DNA of 50,510 nt from Paraphysomonas bandaiensis (lineage: Eukaryota; Protista; Chrysophyceae): contig CBFFRP010000339.1 in NCBI GenBank assembly GCA_965644295.1, forward strand, positions 1-50,510, written 5' to 3'. This document shows, piece after piece, positions 33,214 through 45,273 of this stretch. How positions within the stretch are numbered: position 1 is the first letter of the stretch; each line of letters opens with the position of its first letter. The notes under the pieces are model-generated. The model did no database searches. It was not told the origin of the DNA and was given only the letters and a program-made list of their open reading frames with translations. The position numbers and the translations under genes are program-made.

Positions 33214-34938
33214 TTATGAAACCGAAACCGAATTATTCAGTGTAATAAATATCTCAATATGAAGTCTTGATAACTCTCGTACACACATTGGGGACAAAAA
33301 ACAGTTATCAACAGTCAAGTGCATAAGATACTCATTATTCGCACATAAACTCTTGATTCCACTGTCTGTTACACGAACTGCATCAGAAATGTTCAAGGTC
33401 TGCAGCATGCATCCTTTCCGTATTGAAAAAATACCGGCATCCGTCACATTTGTTCCATTTATACTGAGAGTGTTGAGCTCAGGGCAGCCACGAGATAGTG
33501 CCGTCAAACTAATGTCAGTGACATGAACAGAACGGGGCAGCCGTAGAACTTTTAACCTGCTACACCAGTTGGATAGAGCCAGTATCCCCAGATCGGTAAC
33601 TGTACACGAATCACTGCTTTCGCCTAAGTGAACTTGCGTCAACCCGTTGCACCCCTGTGCAATGCATATCAAGTCTGCGTCACTGACACTATTGACTAGT
33701 TTAAGCTCGCGCAGGTTACTACAACCGCTCGCTAGAGCAGCGAATCCGACGCTCGTGAACCCCGTAGGCCGCTCAAACCCCAGCACATCTAGATGAGATC
33801 TCCGCGACAGCGCAATTAGCATGTCATCTGTCACCCTCGCACTGATATACCAACCCACAGATCTGATATCTAGACACTGAGATATTGCGAGAAAAGCCAC
33901 ATCAGTGAGACGGCTACATCCCGATATATCCAGAGATGTTAGATGTATACATGAATGAGATAAGCATTGTATGCCCTCGTCAGTGATGCCATCCATGCAA
34001 TGCTGTAGTGAAAGGGATTCTAGACACCGACAACCGTCTGCGAGGGCCTGTAGTCCGTTAACAGTAATTCCATAGCAGTGGGATAAATCCAGAGAAGTGA
34101 GATTTGGACATTCTTTGGATACTGTCACCAGACTAGAGTCAGTAATATCGCAGCACCCAGACAGAACCAGCTCTGTGAGAGATGAAATGCAAGGGGCTAT
34201 AATTTGAAATGCGCTGTCAGTAATACAGGATGTTTGGGAAACGTTGAGAAACTGCAGTGGGCCACCAGCACTGATAAGATGTTTTATACCACGAATTGAG
34301 AGCTCCGTACAGAACGAAACATCTAATGCAATTAGGTGGGGCATACAAGAACTAGGTAAAGCAACTCCGTCGTCTGTGATCATATCGCAGCGTGAGATAC
34401 TGAAGGAAGTTACATGTTGTAGTGTTTTGAAAGGGTCAATTAGATAAGTGCAGTCACACAAAAATGTTACGCTTCTTTCCTGTGACGATATACGAATATC
34501 AGGGGCAACTATACCCCGCGATAGTAACCACTTAAATACGTTAACATTAACTGCATATTGACAGTGTGATAAGACATGACCTCTTAGTGCGGCTCTATAT
34601 CGTCTTCGCATCCCTCCACATACAGCACTATCTAGATGAACAAGATCTGATAGCTCTAAATAATACAGTAACACTGTCTTAATAACTAATTCAGGTATAC
34701 GATACAAGAATTTATCCATTGATCCAAATTTTCCAGCAAATCGAGGATCATCATATGGATCATTGACATGGCACTGTGTTTTATGTATAGTATATCCTCT
34801 TTTAATCTCTCGTATTGATGTATGGTTTGTGGTATGTATGGGATGTTTAGTAGATCGATGAGGAGGGATGTATGTATGTGATGAGGTGAGATCTTTTGAT
34901 TGATGAGAACGTGAGAATGCAAGATCCCATTTATCCAT
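33214..34938 (-). CDS. FBXL/AMN1-type cysteine-containing leucine-rich-repeat protein (574 aa), intronless
   Basis: Repeated CxxLxxLxLxxCxxITDxxL units; F-box-like segment IPELVIKTVLLYYLELSDLVHLDSAVC. The true start may be a downstream Met. Confidence 0.88.
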   Translation of the reverse strand: MDKWDLAFSRSHQSKDLTSSHTYIPPHRSTKHPIHTTNHTSIREIKRGYTIHKTQCHVNDPYDDPRFAGKFGSMDKFLYRIPELVIKTVLLYYLELSDLVHLDSAVCGGMRRRYRAALRGHVLSHCQYAVNVNVFKWLLSRGIVAPDIRISSQERSVTFLCDCTYLIDPFKTLQHVTSFSISRCDMITDDGVALPSSCMPHLIALDVSFCTELSIRGIKHLISAGGPLQFLNVSQTSCITDSAFQIIAPCISSLTELVLSGCCDITDSSLVTVSKECPNLTSLDLSHCYGITVNGLQALADGCRCLESLSLQHCMDGITDEGIQCLSHSCIHLTSLDISGCSRLTDVAFLAISQCLDIRSVGWYISARVTDDMLIALSRRSHLDVLGFERPTGFTSVGFAALASGCSNLRELKLVNSVSDADLICIAQGCNGLTQVHLGESSDSCTVTDLGILALSNWCSRLKVLRLPRSVHVTDISLTALSRGCPELNTLSINGTNVTDAGIFSIRKGCMLQTLNISDAVRVTDSGIKSLCANNEYLMHLTVDNCFLSPMCVRELSRLHIEIFITLNNSVSVS

Positions 34939-35510
34939 AAGAGTTATATGGTTATGATGATAGAAAGGGATTGATATTGAGGTGTATGTGACGGTGTTAT
35001 GATTGTGGGGTGTTAGATATGTATGTATATATGAATAGATGAGTCCATCTTACGCATATATTCATATGGAACAAGGACAGTATATGTATACTAGAGTGTA
35101 CTCCTCTACAGAGCAGACCATTGTGTGCATCTATACATACATACGTACATATATATACCATGACTAAAGTTCCAAGAACATGCGAGCGATATCAGTCTGT
35201 TTATCCCATTTTTACATACATGTATGTACATACGGCTGCGGTTGCTTAACACAATATATCCGGATTTTTATGAGGATATATGGACAGTATCGTTAAAAAC
35301 CGTGGTTTTCTCACTCTTCAGATTCATTTCATATCTAGATATTGCTTGCAAAAGATATTCTTGTACTCCTTAAGTTATGTATGTATATCCCACCAATCAC
35401 GGATGGTGCTACTACAGAGCACTCATTGCATGTATCTGTTGACTAATGTCGTATTACTACATACATATAGCACTATATCACCCTGTGACACTCTCAACCT
35501 GCCAGTAATT

Positions 35511-35953
35511 GTAAGTATGAGGTGTACACATCTCAACAGTGAGATATTCATCGTATAAGAGTACATATGCATGATATAATACTATGGTCACCTTAGTGCA
35601 GATTTGTACCTTTCCTCACTCTTCACACTGACAAGCTTTTCATGTTCCAATAGTGTATGTTCTCGCTTCCTCTCAGCTTCTAACCTCTAATAGAGAGACA
35701 AGAATTAGCATCCTTCAGCGCCCGTGACATATAATCTACTTCCTACCGGATATCTATGCCCCGGTTAGGTTGTGGTGATACGCTTTGGATACAACATGCA
35801 TGCAGATGGACGAAATCCTCTGTAATATTGCTGAAGATGTTAAAAACTTTGCTGTTATTTATTGTGTTGATATCAGTGAGGTGCCAGAATTTTATACGCT
35901 GTGTGAGTTGTATGACCCATGCACGGTTATGTTTTTCTTCAAGAATAAGCATA
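35511..35953 (+). pseudogene. Deleted, chimeric duplicate of the 21.5-23.05 kb region (coiled-coil gene fragment joined to a DIM1 fragment)
   Basis: 35511-35744 matches ~21492-21748 (CCTCACTCTTCACACTGACAAGCTTTTC, GTTCTCGCTTCCTCTCAGCTTCTA). 35761-35953 matches DIM1 ~22811-23052 (MQMDEILCNIAEDVKNFAVIYCVDISEVP), with both ends lost. Confidence 0.9.
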
Positions 35954-36358
35954 TGAAGCGGAAAAGTCTTATAATTTAAATGGAAAATATGTGCGTTGCT
36001 GTAACCAACTGAAAACTCGCGCTACATTTAGGATAACTTATTCTATGTTTGAACTATATATTTAATCAATCAGTAAAAGCTCAAGATTTTAATTTACGGA
36101 AAAAGTCCATGTGATAAGTAGGAGGTATAATTTTTACTGACGAGCTATTTGAGAGACCAACTATCAAACTAATACGAGAATATCGTAATGGAATGTCAAC
36201 TATGTATGCGCAAATACATACGTCGACGAATATTGATCACTGTTACTCTATCTCAATAACAAAGTAATAGGATTACGGATCACAGGAAGAAATACTGGGC
36301 CAAGCTATACACCAGAATGGATATATCTAACTATTCAATACAATCATATGACATCTAT

Positions 36359-38146
36359 TTACAGTAATTCAAACTCAAAGCTACACACTTGAGTTGGAGA
36401 ATTGGTCCATCCAATTTTGAAATCAGAAAGTAAAGACAGTGCACATACATCATTTCTCCGTGTACCGTCAACGTTCTCTGATCTAAGTGGCTGAATTTTG
36501 TCATTTTCAGCGAAGTCTGCGTTGTCTCCCCACCCTTGTAATAACTTCACTCTAGGAATCCCTCTTCGGGATAGATAAGCCGAAATCCAAATATCGTCAG
36601 TGTAAAAGCAGACAGAGGAAATAGCCTTCAGCTCATTCAGGTCGTCAAAGAAATCTCGCCTGTACATAGCTCCTCTAAAAGCCTCTAGTATATCGACTGG
36701 GTAGTCGGCGTCTTTCCATTTCCACGCAGTACGCACGACAGCCGGACCAAATAACCCGTCCACATCAACAAGCTGGCCAGCATAACCGTATGCTATGCGA
36801 GGATTGTTAAAATGTCGTTCCAACATCTGCCCTAGTAGTGTTGGCTTGAATATCATGTCATCATCTACAGTTACTATAATGGTACTAGGATCACGCTCTC
36901 GTTCTAGCGTAGGGATGAGCTTTGTGGCAGGCCCCCAATCACGGTCTACAGAGTTTATGATCACAGGAAGGTTCCGAATCGCTTGAGGAATATCTGTAAC
37001 AGATACACCATCAAATCTCGCGTAATTACGTGGAATATTGAGATAAATCGCGTCAGCAGGGATATGCTGGTCCACAAGGGATCGGAGAGTTGGCTCTATC
37101 TTTCCTATGCGATGCGGAAGGGTAGTAAGACTGACCACGACGCGGAAAGACTTCCGGTCTCTACTAGCAGTAGAGAAGGGGTCATCAGCAGGAGAATAGT
37201 GAGCGGATGTGTAACCAATAGTATTGTATGCATTTACCACGGAAGGATAGGCAGGCGATCGAGAGATTCCATCGAATACAAGTATACCAGGAGAATAAGA
37301 GGAGTGTCCAGTGGGATGGATCACTCTCTGGGAGCCACGAACCCCAATCTGAAAATCATTTCCGCCCGTGGAAACAAAGCCTAGTAGCTTGTGTTCTGAA
37401 TCTATTGTAATGGGAAGGTTGTTTTTTAATGAAACAACGGCACTTTTAAACCGCTCAGACATGGAGAGAGAAGATGAACCTAACTCCGCCCCTGCTCTAA
37501 GGTAAGGGGTACTGCCACCTTTTGAAAAAAGTGCTGCTTCTAGAAACGTTATTATAACCTCATTTACTCCTAAGGCAAAGAAAACGTCGGGTGAATCAAG
37601 CGGAAAACCAGAAGGTAGCACGATTTGGTGACCATTTCGTGCAACTTCCTTCAATAACATCTTCGGTGATATACCAAACAAAACTTCCACCGTCGAGCAA
37701 ACAAACAAAAGAGACTGAGAATATCGTGAAGACTGTGATTTTAAGTGCTCCAGAAGCATAAGGAGCCGGTGTTCTGCATCATTTCGTCTATTCTTGGCAT
37801 CCCTCAGAATTACGTAATCTTGGTATCCCTGTCGTTCAATTGACTGTATTAGATTCATACGGAGCGATTTGGATCTGGTTTCATTGAAATGGCTATCCTG
37901 CCAAGACGGTTCAACGAATACTAATTTGACAGCAGAGTTATCGCGTAGCGGTACGTATGTATTGCATTTGCGAAGGCGCTTTTGTGTAGTTGTAAAGAAC
38001 GGATCGGATAGATCCTTTACAGGTGATAACGGCGGTATAATATCTGTTTTAATCTCTCCAGTACCCATCATATAATATAAACTCGATATAATAGAACATA
38101 CGAGTATTAATATGAGAGTTAGTGTAATCCCTGATGACACTCTCAT
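36359..38146 (-). CDS. Type II membrane GT-A fold glycosyltransferase-like protein (595 aa), intronless
   Basis: N-terminal signal anchor. C-terminal domain: VVVSLTTLPHRI...YLNIP...DWGPATKLIPTL...IIVTVDDD (DxD)...YTDDIWISAYL. Confidence 0.8.
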   Translation of the reverse strand: MRVSSGITLTLILILVCSIISSLYYMMGTGEIKTDIIPPLSPVKDLSDPFFTTTQKRLRKCNTYVPLRDNSAVKLVFVEPSWQDSHFNETRSKSLRMNLIQSIERQGYQDYVILRDAKNRRNDAEHRLLMLLEHLKSQSSRYSQSLLFVCSTVEVLFGISPKMLLKEVARNGHQIVLPSGFPLDSPDVFFALGVNEVIITFLEAALFSKGGSTPYLRAGAELGSSSLSMSERFKSAVVSLKNNLPITIDSEHKLLGFVSTGGNDFQIGVRGSQRVIHPTGHSSYSPGILVFDGISRSPAYPSVVNAYNTIGYTSAHYSPADDPFSTASRDRKSFRVVVSLTTLPHRIGKIEPTLRSLVDQHIPADAIYLNIPRNYARFDGVSVTDIPQAIRNLPVIINSVDRDWGPATKLIPTLERERDPSTIIVTVDDDMIFKPTLLGQMLERHFNNPRIAYGYAGQLVDVDGLFGPAVVRTAWKWKDADYPVDILEAFRGAMYRRDFFDDLNELKAISSVCFYTDDIWISAYLSRRGIPRVKLLQGWGDNADFAENDKIQPLRSENVDGTRRNDVCALSLLSDFKIGWTNSPTQVCSFEFELL

Positions 38147-38530
38147 TCGATCAGATTAACGCCAGATGACTTATAGAGGAATGGAAATGGGTTGTTTTCA
38201 TTGCCACATGGACCAGAAAGAGTGGATTATAGGAGATAACTGTGATAATAACAGGCACTATGGCAGTATGATATAGTGTTTGCAGAGAGAGATGCTGAAC
38301 TGTGATGAGCTCACATATGTACATACCATACTGCTGTACAGTGATACAGCGGTACAGTGCTTTCTATAGCGAGATATGTACCAGTGTACTCTGTATAAGT
38401 ACACTATATGATTGTTGTATATGTGTGATATGTCCCATCTTTTTAGCATAATGCCAGGAATGTACTTGGCGACATATTTCTGTACTAATGTACCACTGTA
38501 TACTTCCAGAAAGTACGTCGCAGTATCTAT

Positions 38531-38697
38531 CTCTCACTGTATGATGTACTTCACTATATATGATGTACTTCACTCACGTGTCTCGTGTACTTCACTATAT
38601 ATGATGTACTTCACTATACATGATGTACTTCACTATACATGATGTACTTCACTATACATGATGTACTTCATTCACTATGTCTCGTGTACTTCACTGT
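38531..38697. repeat. ~20-bp minisatellite (ATGATGTACTTCACTATA[T/C], ~8 units) between divergent genes
   Basis: Directly visible, with two variant units containing TGTCTCGTGTACTTCACT. Confidence 0.9.
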
Positions 38698-38838
38698 CCC
38701 TCATCTACTACTAGAACACACACTCTACATACAGTGACGTGTTACTTACCTCTTAATCAAATCCAGCCACACAACCCCCTCATTCTATCTTAGTCTACAC
38801 ACACACTAACCATCATAACTATCGTCATATTAATCATC

Positions 38839-39444
38839 ATGATTCGATTTATAAAACGTTCTCAATTTAAAAGTATGTTATGGAGGAACGGCAAGGGTAC
38901 AACAACAGAGATCTATCGCTATCCTATCAACAACAATCAAGAGACTGACTCTGAATATGACTGGCGTATTAGTATGGCTACTGTTAGTGAGAATGGTCCA
39001 TTTTCTATATTCAATGGTTATGATCGGAGTTTATCAGTGATTGATGGGGATGGTTTAGTGTTAACAGTAGACAACACACCACCTGTGACTGTAGACAGGA
39101 TATCTCAGCCTTTTAGATTTTCAGGAGATGCGACCACACATTGTCAATTACTTGGTAGTGCAGTTCTTGATTTTAATGTTATTTGGAAGCGTACTACTAC
39201 TGAAGCCAGTGTGTCGAAAGTCGCTTTTTCGCCTGGGGAATCGAAACAGTATTCTATGGATGATAAAAAAGGTGTGATGCTGTTGTATCCTGTTGGCGGA
39301 CAACTACATATGTCATCAGAAGAACAGAATGATATTGTACACGATGGCGATGCCAGTATAATTGAAGACTTTGATGGCTCAGTCAATTGTAGGTCAGATG
39401 TAGATATGTATGCGTTTTTAGTGCGATTTTGGAATAAATCTTAA
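38839..39444 (+). CDS. hutD: HutD/Ves family cupin-like protein (201 aa), intronless
   Basis: Motifs MLWRNGKGTTTEI, DWRISMATV...GPFSIFNGYDRSLSVIDGDGL, PFRFSGD and LDFNV are typical of HutD/Ves. Confidence 0.88.
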   Translation: MIRFIKRSQFKSMLWRNGKGTTTEIYRYPINNNQETDSEYDWRISMATVSENGPFSIFNGYDRSLSVIDGDGLVLTVDNTPPVTVDRISQPFRFSGDATTHCQLLGSAVLDFNVIWKRTTTEASVSKVAFSPGESKQYSMDDKKGVMLLYPVGGQLHMSSEEQNDIVHDGDASIIEDFDGSVNCRSDVDMYAFLVRFWNKS

Positions 39445-39582
39445 TAACTTCCAGCATAGTACTTGTCCTTCTATTAAATTTTCTATAAATTCAGCATAGT
39501 ACCTTTGATAAAAGTAACGATAGCAATGCCCGTTTCTAGACTTTTCTACATCTTGAAGTAATTTACTCAGTAATTAACCTTC

Positions 39583-39808
39583 AAATAAGATTTAAGCAGT
39601 AATGAACACGATAGAGTGAAAATTATGAATAACAATATAGAACGTACTATCATGCACAACGGAATAGTTAGAAGTGTAACTGATAATGACGACGTTATGA
39701 TGACGATCACGTATCTTCGACAGATACTCTCTCTAATTCAGTTCATGGTATATTTCATTGAACATTATAACTCACAGATACAATCATGTATTAAGCTGAA
39801 TCCTAATA
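39583..39808 (-). repeat. Copia 3' LTR (226 bp)
   Basis: Appears identical to 45012-45273 except for a 36-bp deletion; preceded on the minus strand by the PPT. Confidence 0.93.
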
Positions 39809-40008
39809 CGCCCCCTCAATGAAATAATCAGTGAATCGTAGATAATAGAGAGAATATGAACTTATGCACACTGAGAGTAAAAACCAGAGTAGCAGTCACT
39901 AGTCAATAATAAGCGAACTGCAGAGATGCCATATTGTGAGACCATCCTTCTAGTCCAGCATCATGTATTGAATAAAAATAAAAAAAAATGGTAAAAACTC
40001 CGTGTAAC

Positions 40009-43000
40009 TCAAACTAGCCACCTAGGTCGCTTGTGGCTTGTTAATTGTGATTTAGGTGTCTCTGAGGTTGTTGATCGCTTTCTGTTGCTGCTGGATGGGA
40101 TGTCGAACCCAGCTCCCCCCATCAATGTAGTTCGCAATTGAAGAAAATTAGTTGTTCCTAGTGGTTTCGTGAGAAGATCGGCTAACATTGACGTGGTGGG
40201 AATATGGTCAACAGTCAATTGGTTTTCGGCAATATTTTCTCGAATGAAATGATACCGTATCGCAATATGTTTCGTACGACGATGATGAGTAGGATTGTAG
40301 CATAATTGGACTGCCCCTTTATTATCGCACCAAATAGTTGTTGAGAATGGAAGTTTGAAACCAATTTCTGATAATAATGAGCGTAGCCATAATGCTTCCT
40401 GAGCTGCTGACGATAGAGCCATATACTCAGCTTCAGTAGATGACAATGCCACAGTTGTCTGTAATCGAGATTGCCATGATATAAGACAATTACCTATGAA
40501 GAATGTAAAAGCTGTAGTGGACCGTCGAGTGAGGTGACATCGTGCCCAATCGCTATCGCAGTATCCTGACAATGTTATGTGGGATCCAGAATATATCAAT
40601 CCTTGCTTAGCAGTGCCTTTGAGATACCTAAGAACATGTAACGCAGCATTACAGGTAGTTAGATTAGGCATATCAGAAAATCTGGCAAGAGTATTGACTG
40701 CGTAGGCGATATCCGGTCGAGTGCATACAGCTAGATACATCAGGGAACCTATGAGCTCCTTGTAGGGGAAATTCTGAACATAACTTTGATTTGACTCTGA
40801 AAGATGATTGTATTCATGTAAATCATAGTTGAAAGACAGTAACATAGGTGTTGACATGGGTTTACTGTTGGACATGTTGAATTTGTCCAGCAGTTTTCTG
40901 ACATACTGCTCCTGACTGAGAGTCGTGATATTTTTGTCAAAATCTTGATGAATGGAGATGCCCAAGTAATAATCTAGGAGTCCGAGATCCGTAATTTCGA
41001 ACTTTTTGGATAAATGATCTTTGAATTGTTGGATATCAGTGTCGGATGTAGATGCTATAATAATATCGTCCACATACATGGCTATTAGCATAATCCTGCC
41101 ATTAATCTGCTTTTTGAATATACACGGGTCAGATATTAGTCTGGTGAAACCCATATCTAGCATAAAATTTGTACAGCACTTATACCAGTTAAGACCTGCT
41201 TGCTTTAGACCATAGATGCTTTTCATCAGTTTGAGGACTTTTCCGTCAGGGACGTCCATGCCAGGAGGGGGATACATGTATATGTCCTCTTCGAGGTCAG
41301 CATTGATGTACGCAGTTGTGAAATCGATTTGGTGCAATTTGAGTTTCATAATAGTCGAAAGGGCAATAATTGTACGTAGGGATGTAGCCTTCGCGACGGG
41401 GCTGTATGTATCATTGTAATCGATGCCTTGGATTTGAGTAAAACCCTGTGCGACTAGTCGAGCCTTGAATTTGATATCATTCTGTTTTCTTTTTATTTTG
41501 AATATGAGTTTCCCCTTTATGGCTCTTGCTCCAGGTGGTAACGCAGTGTATCTCCAGCACCCTTTCCTCTGAAGAGTGGATATTTCTCTGTTGATAGCAT
41601 CGATCCACTGCTGTTTATATTTACCTGAAATAGCATCTTGAACACTCTTTGGTGTATCAGTTAGCTCGTCAATGTCATCGCAATTACTGATAGCATGCAT
41701 AACAATATCAATATTGTTAGTATGTAATTTTGATATACATTGTGTGTCATGTGCCATATGATTTACTACATGTTTAGCATTTACATCACATGTATATACA
41801 CCATCACCAAGTTTATGTATATTTACGATTACCCGTTTCCTGGCCATTCTCCTGCTTCGGAGAACACTCTTTCTACCAGCTAAAAATTGTTGTTTTGCTG
41901 TAGCACGGACCTTACTTGGCCCTTCAGGTGTACCCTGATTTTCCCAATCTCCCGATGAATCAGCAGGCTTGTTGCAGCGTTTGGCCACACGCTGACGCAC
42001 ACGATCCACTTGACCGTGTGGTGCCGGATTCGGCACTAGATTCCCATTGAATTGTTTCGAAGGGCGAGTCTTCGCTATCTTTGCATCGGAGTGGGTAGGT
42101 TCACACCGATGGCTGCTGATTCTCTCCTGCGCGGCATCATGATGTCTTCGATTCACGCCACTCCCCCTGGAAGTAGCGGCTGGCGCTGGAGATCCATTAA
42201 CTGTATCGGGGTCTCGATCTGATTTGCTGGATTTATGTATTGGGGTTTTCGATCGAGAAGTATTACATTTGAGACCAACTGCTTTGAGTTCTATGTATTC
42301 TTCAGTGTACTTTTCGACGTCTGCAGCATGAATGGGGTCGTCGAGCTGGATGAGTCGTGTCTTGTCACCGCTGTCGTCCACTAGACCACGATACGCTGCG
42401 ATTAATCCTTTTCTGAGCTTTATTTGAGTTGTTACATATGTTAATCCATCGTCTGGATCTACATGAGCTAGACCTATGAGATATTTGAAACTTTCTACTG
42501 TCCTGGAGGTCTCATTCTCTCTGAAGATCTCATTTATCTCTTTAAAATATCTCTTATCCGCTGGTGGAACACATTCGTTGAAAAATACATGTCCTGATAT
42601 AACAAAATCTCTTAATGCGGGAACAAAGACTATATATCCAGGACCATCCTCTCGATAGCCCATAAAATACCCAGGCCAGCTATGTCTGTCCCAATTGTTC
42701 TTTCGGAGACTGGAATCGATATTCACAAAGCATTTACATCCCCATATTCTGGCATAACTCAAGTCTGGTATTTCGTTTTCGATAAACTGAAGTGGAGACA
42801 TAAATCCTTTAGCTGTTTGACACGGTAACCTGTTCTTGATGTGTATTGTCGCCTTTGAGGCTTGTTCCCAGAAATTCGGTGGGAGTCCAGAGTCGATAAG
42901 GCTGCTGAGTGCTCGTTCTTTAGTTGTCCGCCATGATCGCTCTTGGAATGGGTTATCCTCGGGGGTATACGGGGAGTTGAAAGTCCATGTAGCCCCTATT

Positions 43001-45002
43001 GATTGAAGATACTCTAGAACTTTTCTTGATACCAGCTCCTTCCCCCATCCGCATGATAATGTTGTAGTCGTTTGCCTTTACTATGTAGATACATGACAAC
43101 TTTCTGGATGGATTGGATGACGAAATCTTCATCTCTCGTTGGTCCGTAGGAGTCCCATTGGTGTCTGGAAGCTACATCTGTCATCCCGAGTATGTAACGG
43201 TTGCCAGTAATGATTGCCTCTGGTGCATGGGGTCCAGAAAAATCGGCTACTACTAGCTCCCCCAGCTCATTTGCTCTTCTTACACGCTTGAGCAGCATTT
43301 GTCTGATAGCGTGTCTATGTTTTCGGCGATGAGATTTACCACTAGCACAACCATCACATAGGCCACCCGGTAAAGAAGTAGCATTCATCTCCGACTTCGT
43401 TAACTTAATACCCGTTACTAATTTTGACTGTACAGCTTTCTGTATGAGTCCAATTGAAGAATGTGCCAATCTCTTATGTGCTAGAGTTGCGAGTGGGCCT
43501 GAAGCAGTTGAAGCAAGGTGGGATTCGTCAATAGGAGTACCGAGGTCTGTTAATGGAATTTCATATAGGCCTCCAACTCTCTTACCCTTTGATAGCAGTA
43601 TTTCATCTTTATATATCTCAACTGATTGGTTTCCGAACAAGATTTTATACCCTAGGTCATCTAATTGGCTGATGGACACGAGTGTCCTCGAAGCATGGTC
43701 CACGTGCTTGCACTTGGGGATAATACCAAGTCTTCCATGTCCTGAAGAGGTCATAGTCGATCCTGACTTAGCTGTTTGAATGTCGGTGAGGCATTCCTCA
43801 TAATTGGTGATGTATCCGGCTTCAGGTGTGATGGAGACTGTGCAGCCAGAATCAAGGGTTCCCATTCCGGCTTCTTGATCAAAAACGAAGTTCGTTTCGT
43901 CGTTTGTTGGATATCCGACTCCTCCGAAGTCTCGTCCTTTCTGTTGTAGTGGACCACTGTCTTCATAATCTGCAAACTGGTCGGATTCGTCGTTTTCAGT
44001 GCTCTGGTGGGTCTGGAATCTAACTTTTTTGAATTTCCTACTGGTTGATTTGTTTCCAGAGGAACTCTTCATTTGTTGGATCCTTTCCCATGAGTGTTTG
44101 CATTCTGAAGCGATGTGTCCTTTTCCATCGCATCGGAAACACTTAATGTCCTTGTCAGTTCTCTTGTCATGTTTCGGTTTATTGGAACGGTTTCTGAAAG
44201 ATGTCCCCTTTTTGCGCTTGGAATTCACTTTACTTTTGAAAAATGGGGGTTTTGAGGCTGCAAGCTGAATACTGTCGGTTTTTGTTTCTTCGTTGCTTGA
44301 CAAGAGCATTCCAACAGACGAGCTTCCTAATCCGCGTAGTCTGCGTATGAGTGTTTTGTAGTCATCGATAGGGTGCATCTGCAGGTTGATTGCCAGTTCA
44401 CGATACGTCATATTTTCTTTGGATACCAGGCCTTGTCGAATGCGTGAGATGAGATCTTGGTCACTTATCCGATGACCATAATTAATCAGCTTGTTTCGGA
44501 GCTTTTCGACAGCGTCAAGAAAGTTGATTATCGACTGACCTTTTTTGATTTTTATGCTCTGAAACTGGCCAATCAGATCGGTGATTACATCGTTAGTCGT
44601 TTTTTCTTTGAAGTGGTTGAGCAAGTCCGTCCAGGCGGTTTTTCCGTCTCCATCGGGGACGTTCTCCAAAATCCCCTCAGCCTCTTCATCCTGACCAATG
44701 ATAGAGCTTGCAATGACTGACCATAGGTAGTTATTACCTTCATCATAATATCGTTTCGCATCCTGATACTGTTCGAGTCGATACTGGTAGTCCTCGTCAT
44801 CTGAGTTTTCTCCTGCTTCAGGCTCAATTGGGTGATCGTTCTGTAGAGTATAAACGATCTTAGGCTTTCTGTAAAACCATGCACGGCACTTCTTCTGCCA
44901 CTTGGAGAAGTTCTTCGCGTCGAACTTTGGCATTGAGTCTTTCTGTTTTTCGGTTGTTGAATCCGAGTCGGTTGAGTCGTAACTTGTAACTTTAACTACC
45001 AT
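40009..45002 (-). CDS. Copia gag-pol polyprotein with one frameshift at ~43040 in the integrase core
   Basis: CFRCDGKGHIASEC knuckle, LDSGC protease, HKRLAH..CDGC, VVADFSGP...HADGG|(K)ELV...PYTPEDNPFQER integrase, KARLVAQGF and YVDD for RT, GYCDSDW...EAEY...ADLLTK for RNase H. Confidence 0.93.
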
Positions 45003-45011
45003 CCGCTACCA
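45000..45011 (-). promoter_or_regulatory. Primer binding site, probably for initiator tRNA-Met; overlaps the gag ATG
   Basis: TGGTAGCGGATG is complementary to a tRNA 3' end ...CATCCGCTACCA, resembling eukaryotic tRNAi-Met (acceptor starting AGC). Confidence 0.7.
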
Positions 45012-45273
45012 AAATAAGATTTAAGCTTATTAGTAAAACAATGTTGTGATTATTAGAGTGTAAGTAATGAACACGATAGAGTGAAAATTATGAATAACAA
45101 TATAGAACGTACTATCATGCACAACGGAATAGTTAGAAGTGTAACTGATAATGACGACGTTATGATGACGATCACGTATCTTCGACAGATACTCTCTCTA
45201 ATTCAGTTCATGGTATATTTCATTGAACATTATAACTCACAGATACAATCATGTATTAAGCTGAATCCTAATA
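45012..45273 (-). repeat. Copia 5' LTR (262 bp)
   Basis: Immediately followed on the minus strand by the PBS. Confidence 0.93.

Larger units (their letters stand above)
39583..45273 (-). mobile_element. Full-length Ty1/Copia LTR retrotransposon (5.7 kb)
   Basis: Two LTRs, 5-bp TSD CCTTC (39578-39582 and 45274-45278), PBS TGGTAGCGGATG, PPT TTGAGGGGGCG, domain order gag-PR-INT-RT-RH. Confidence 0.97.

Noticed and set aside
38531-38697. Possible CRISPR array
   Set aside because: Head-to-tail ~20-bp units with no unique spacers; it is a minisatellite.
39616-39822. Duplicated small ORF MKIMNNNIER... (also at 45081)
   Set aside because: Chance antisense ORF inside the two Copia LTRs.
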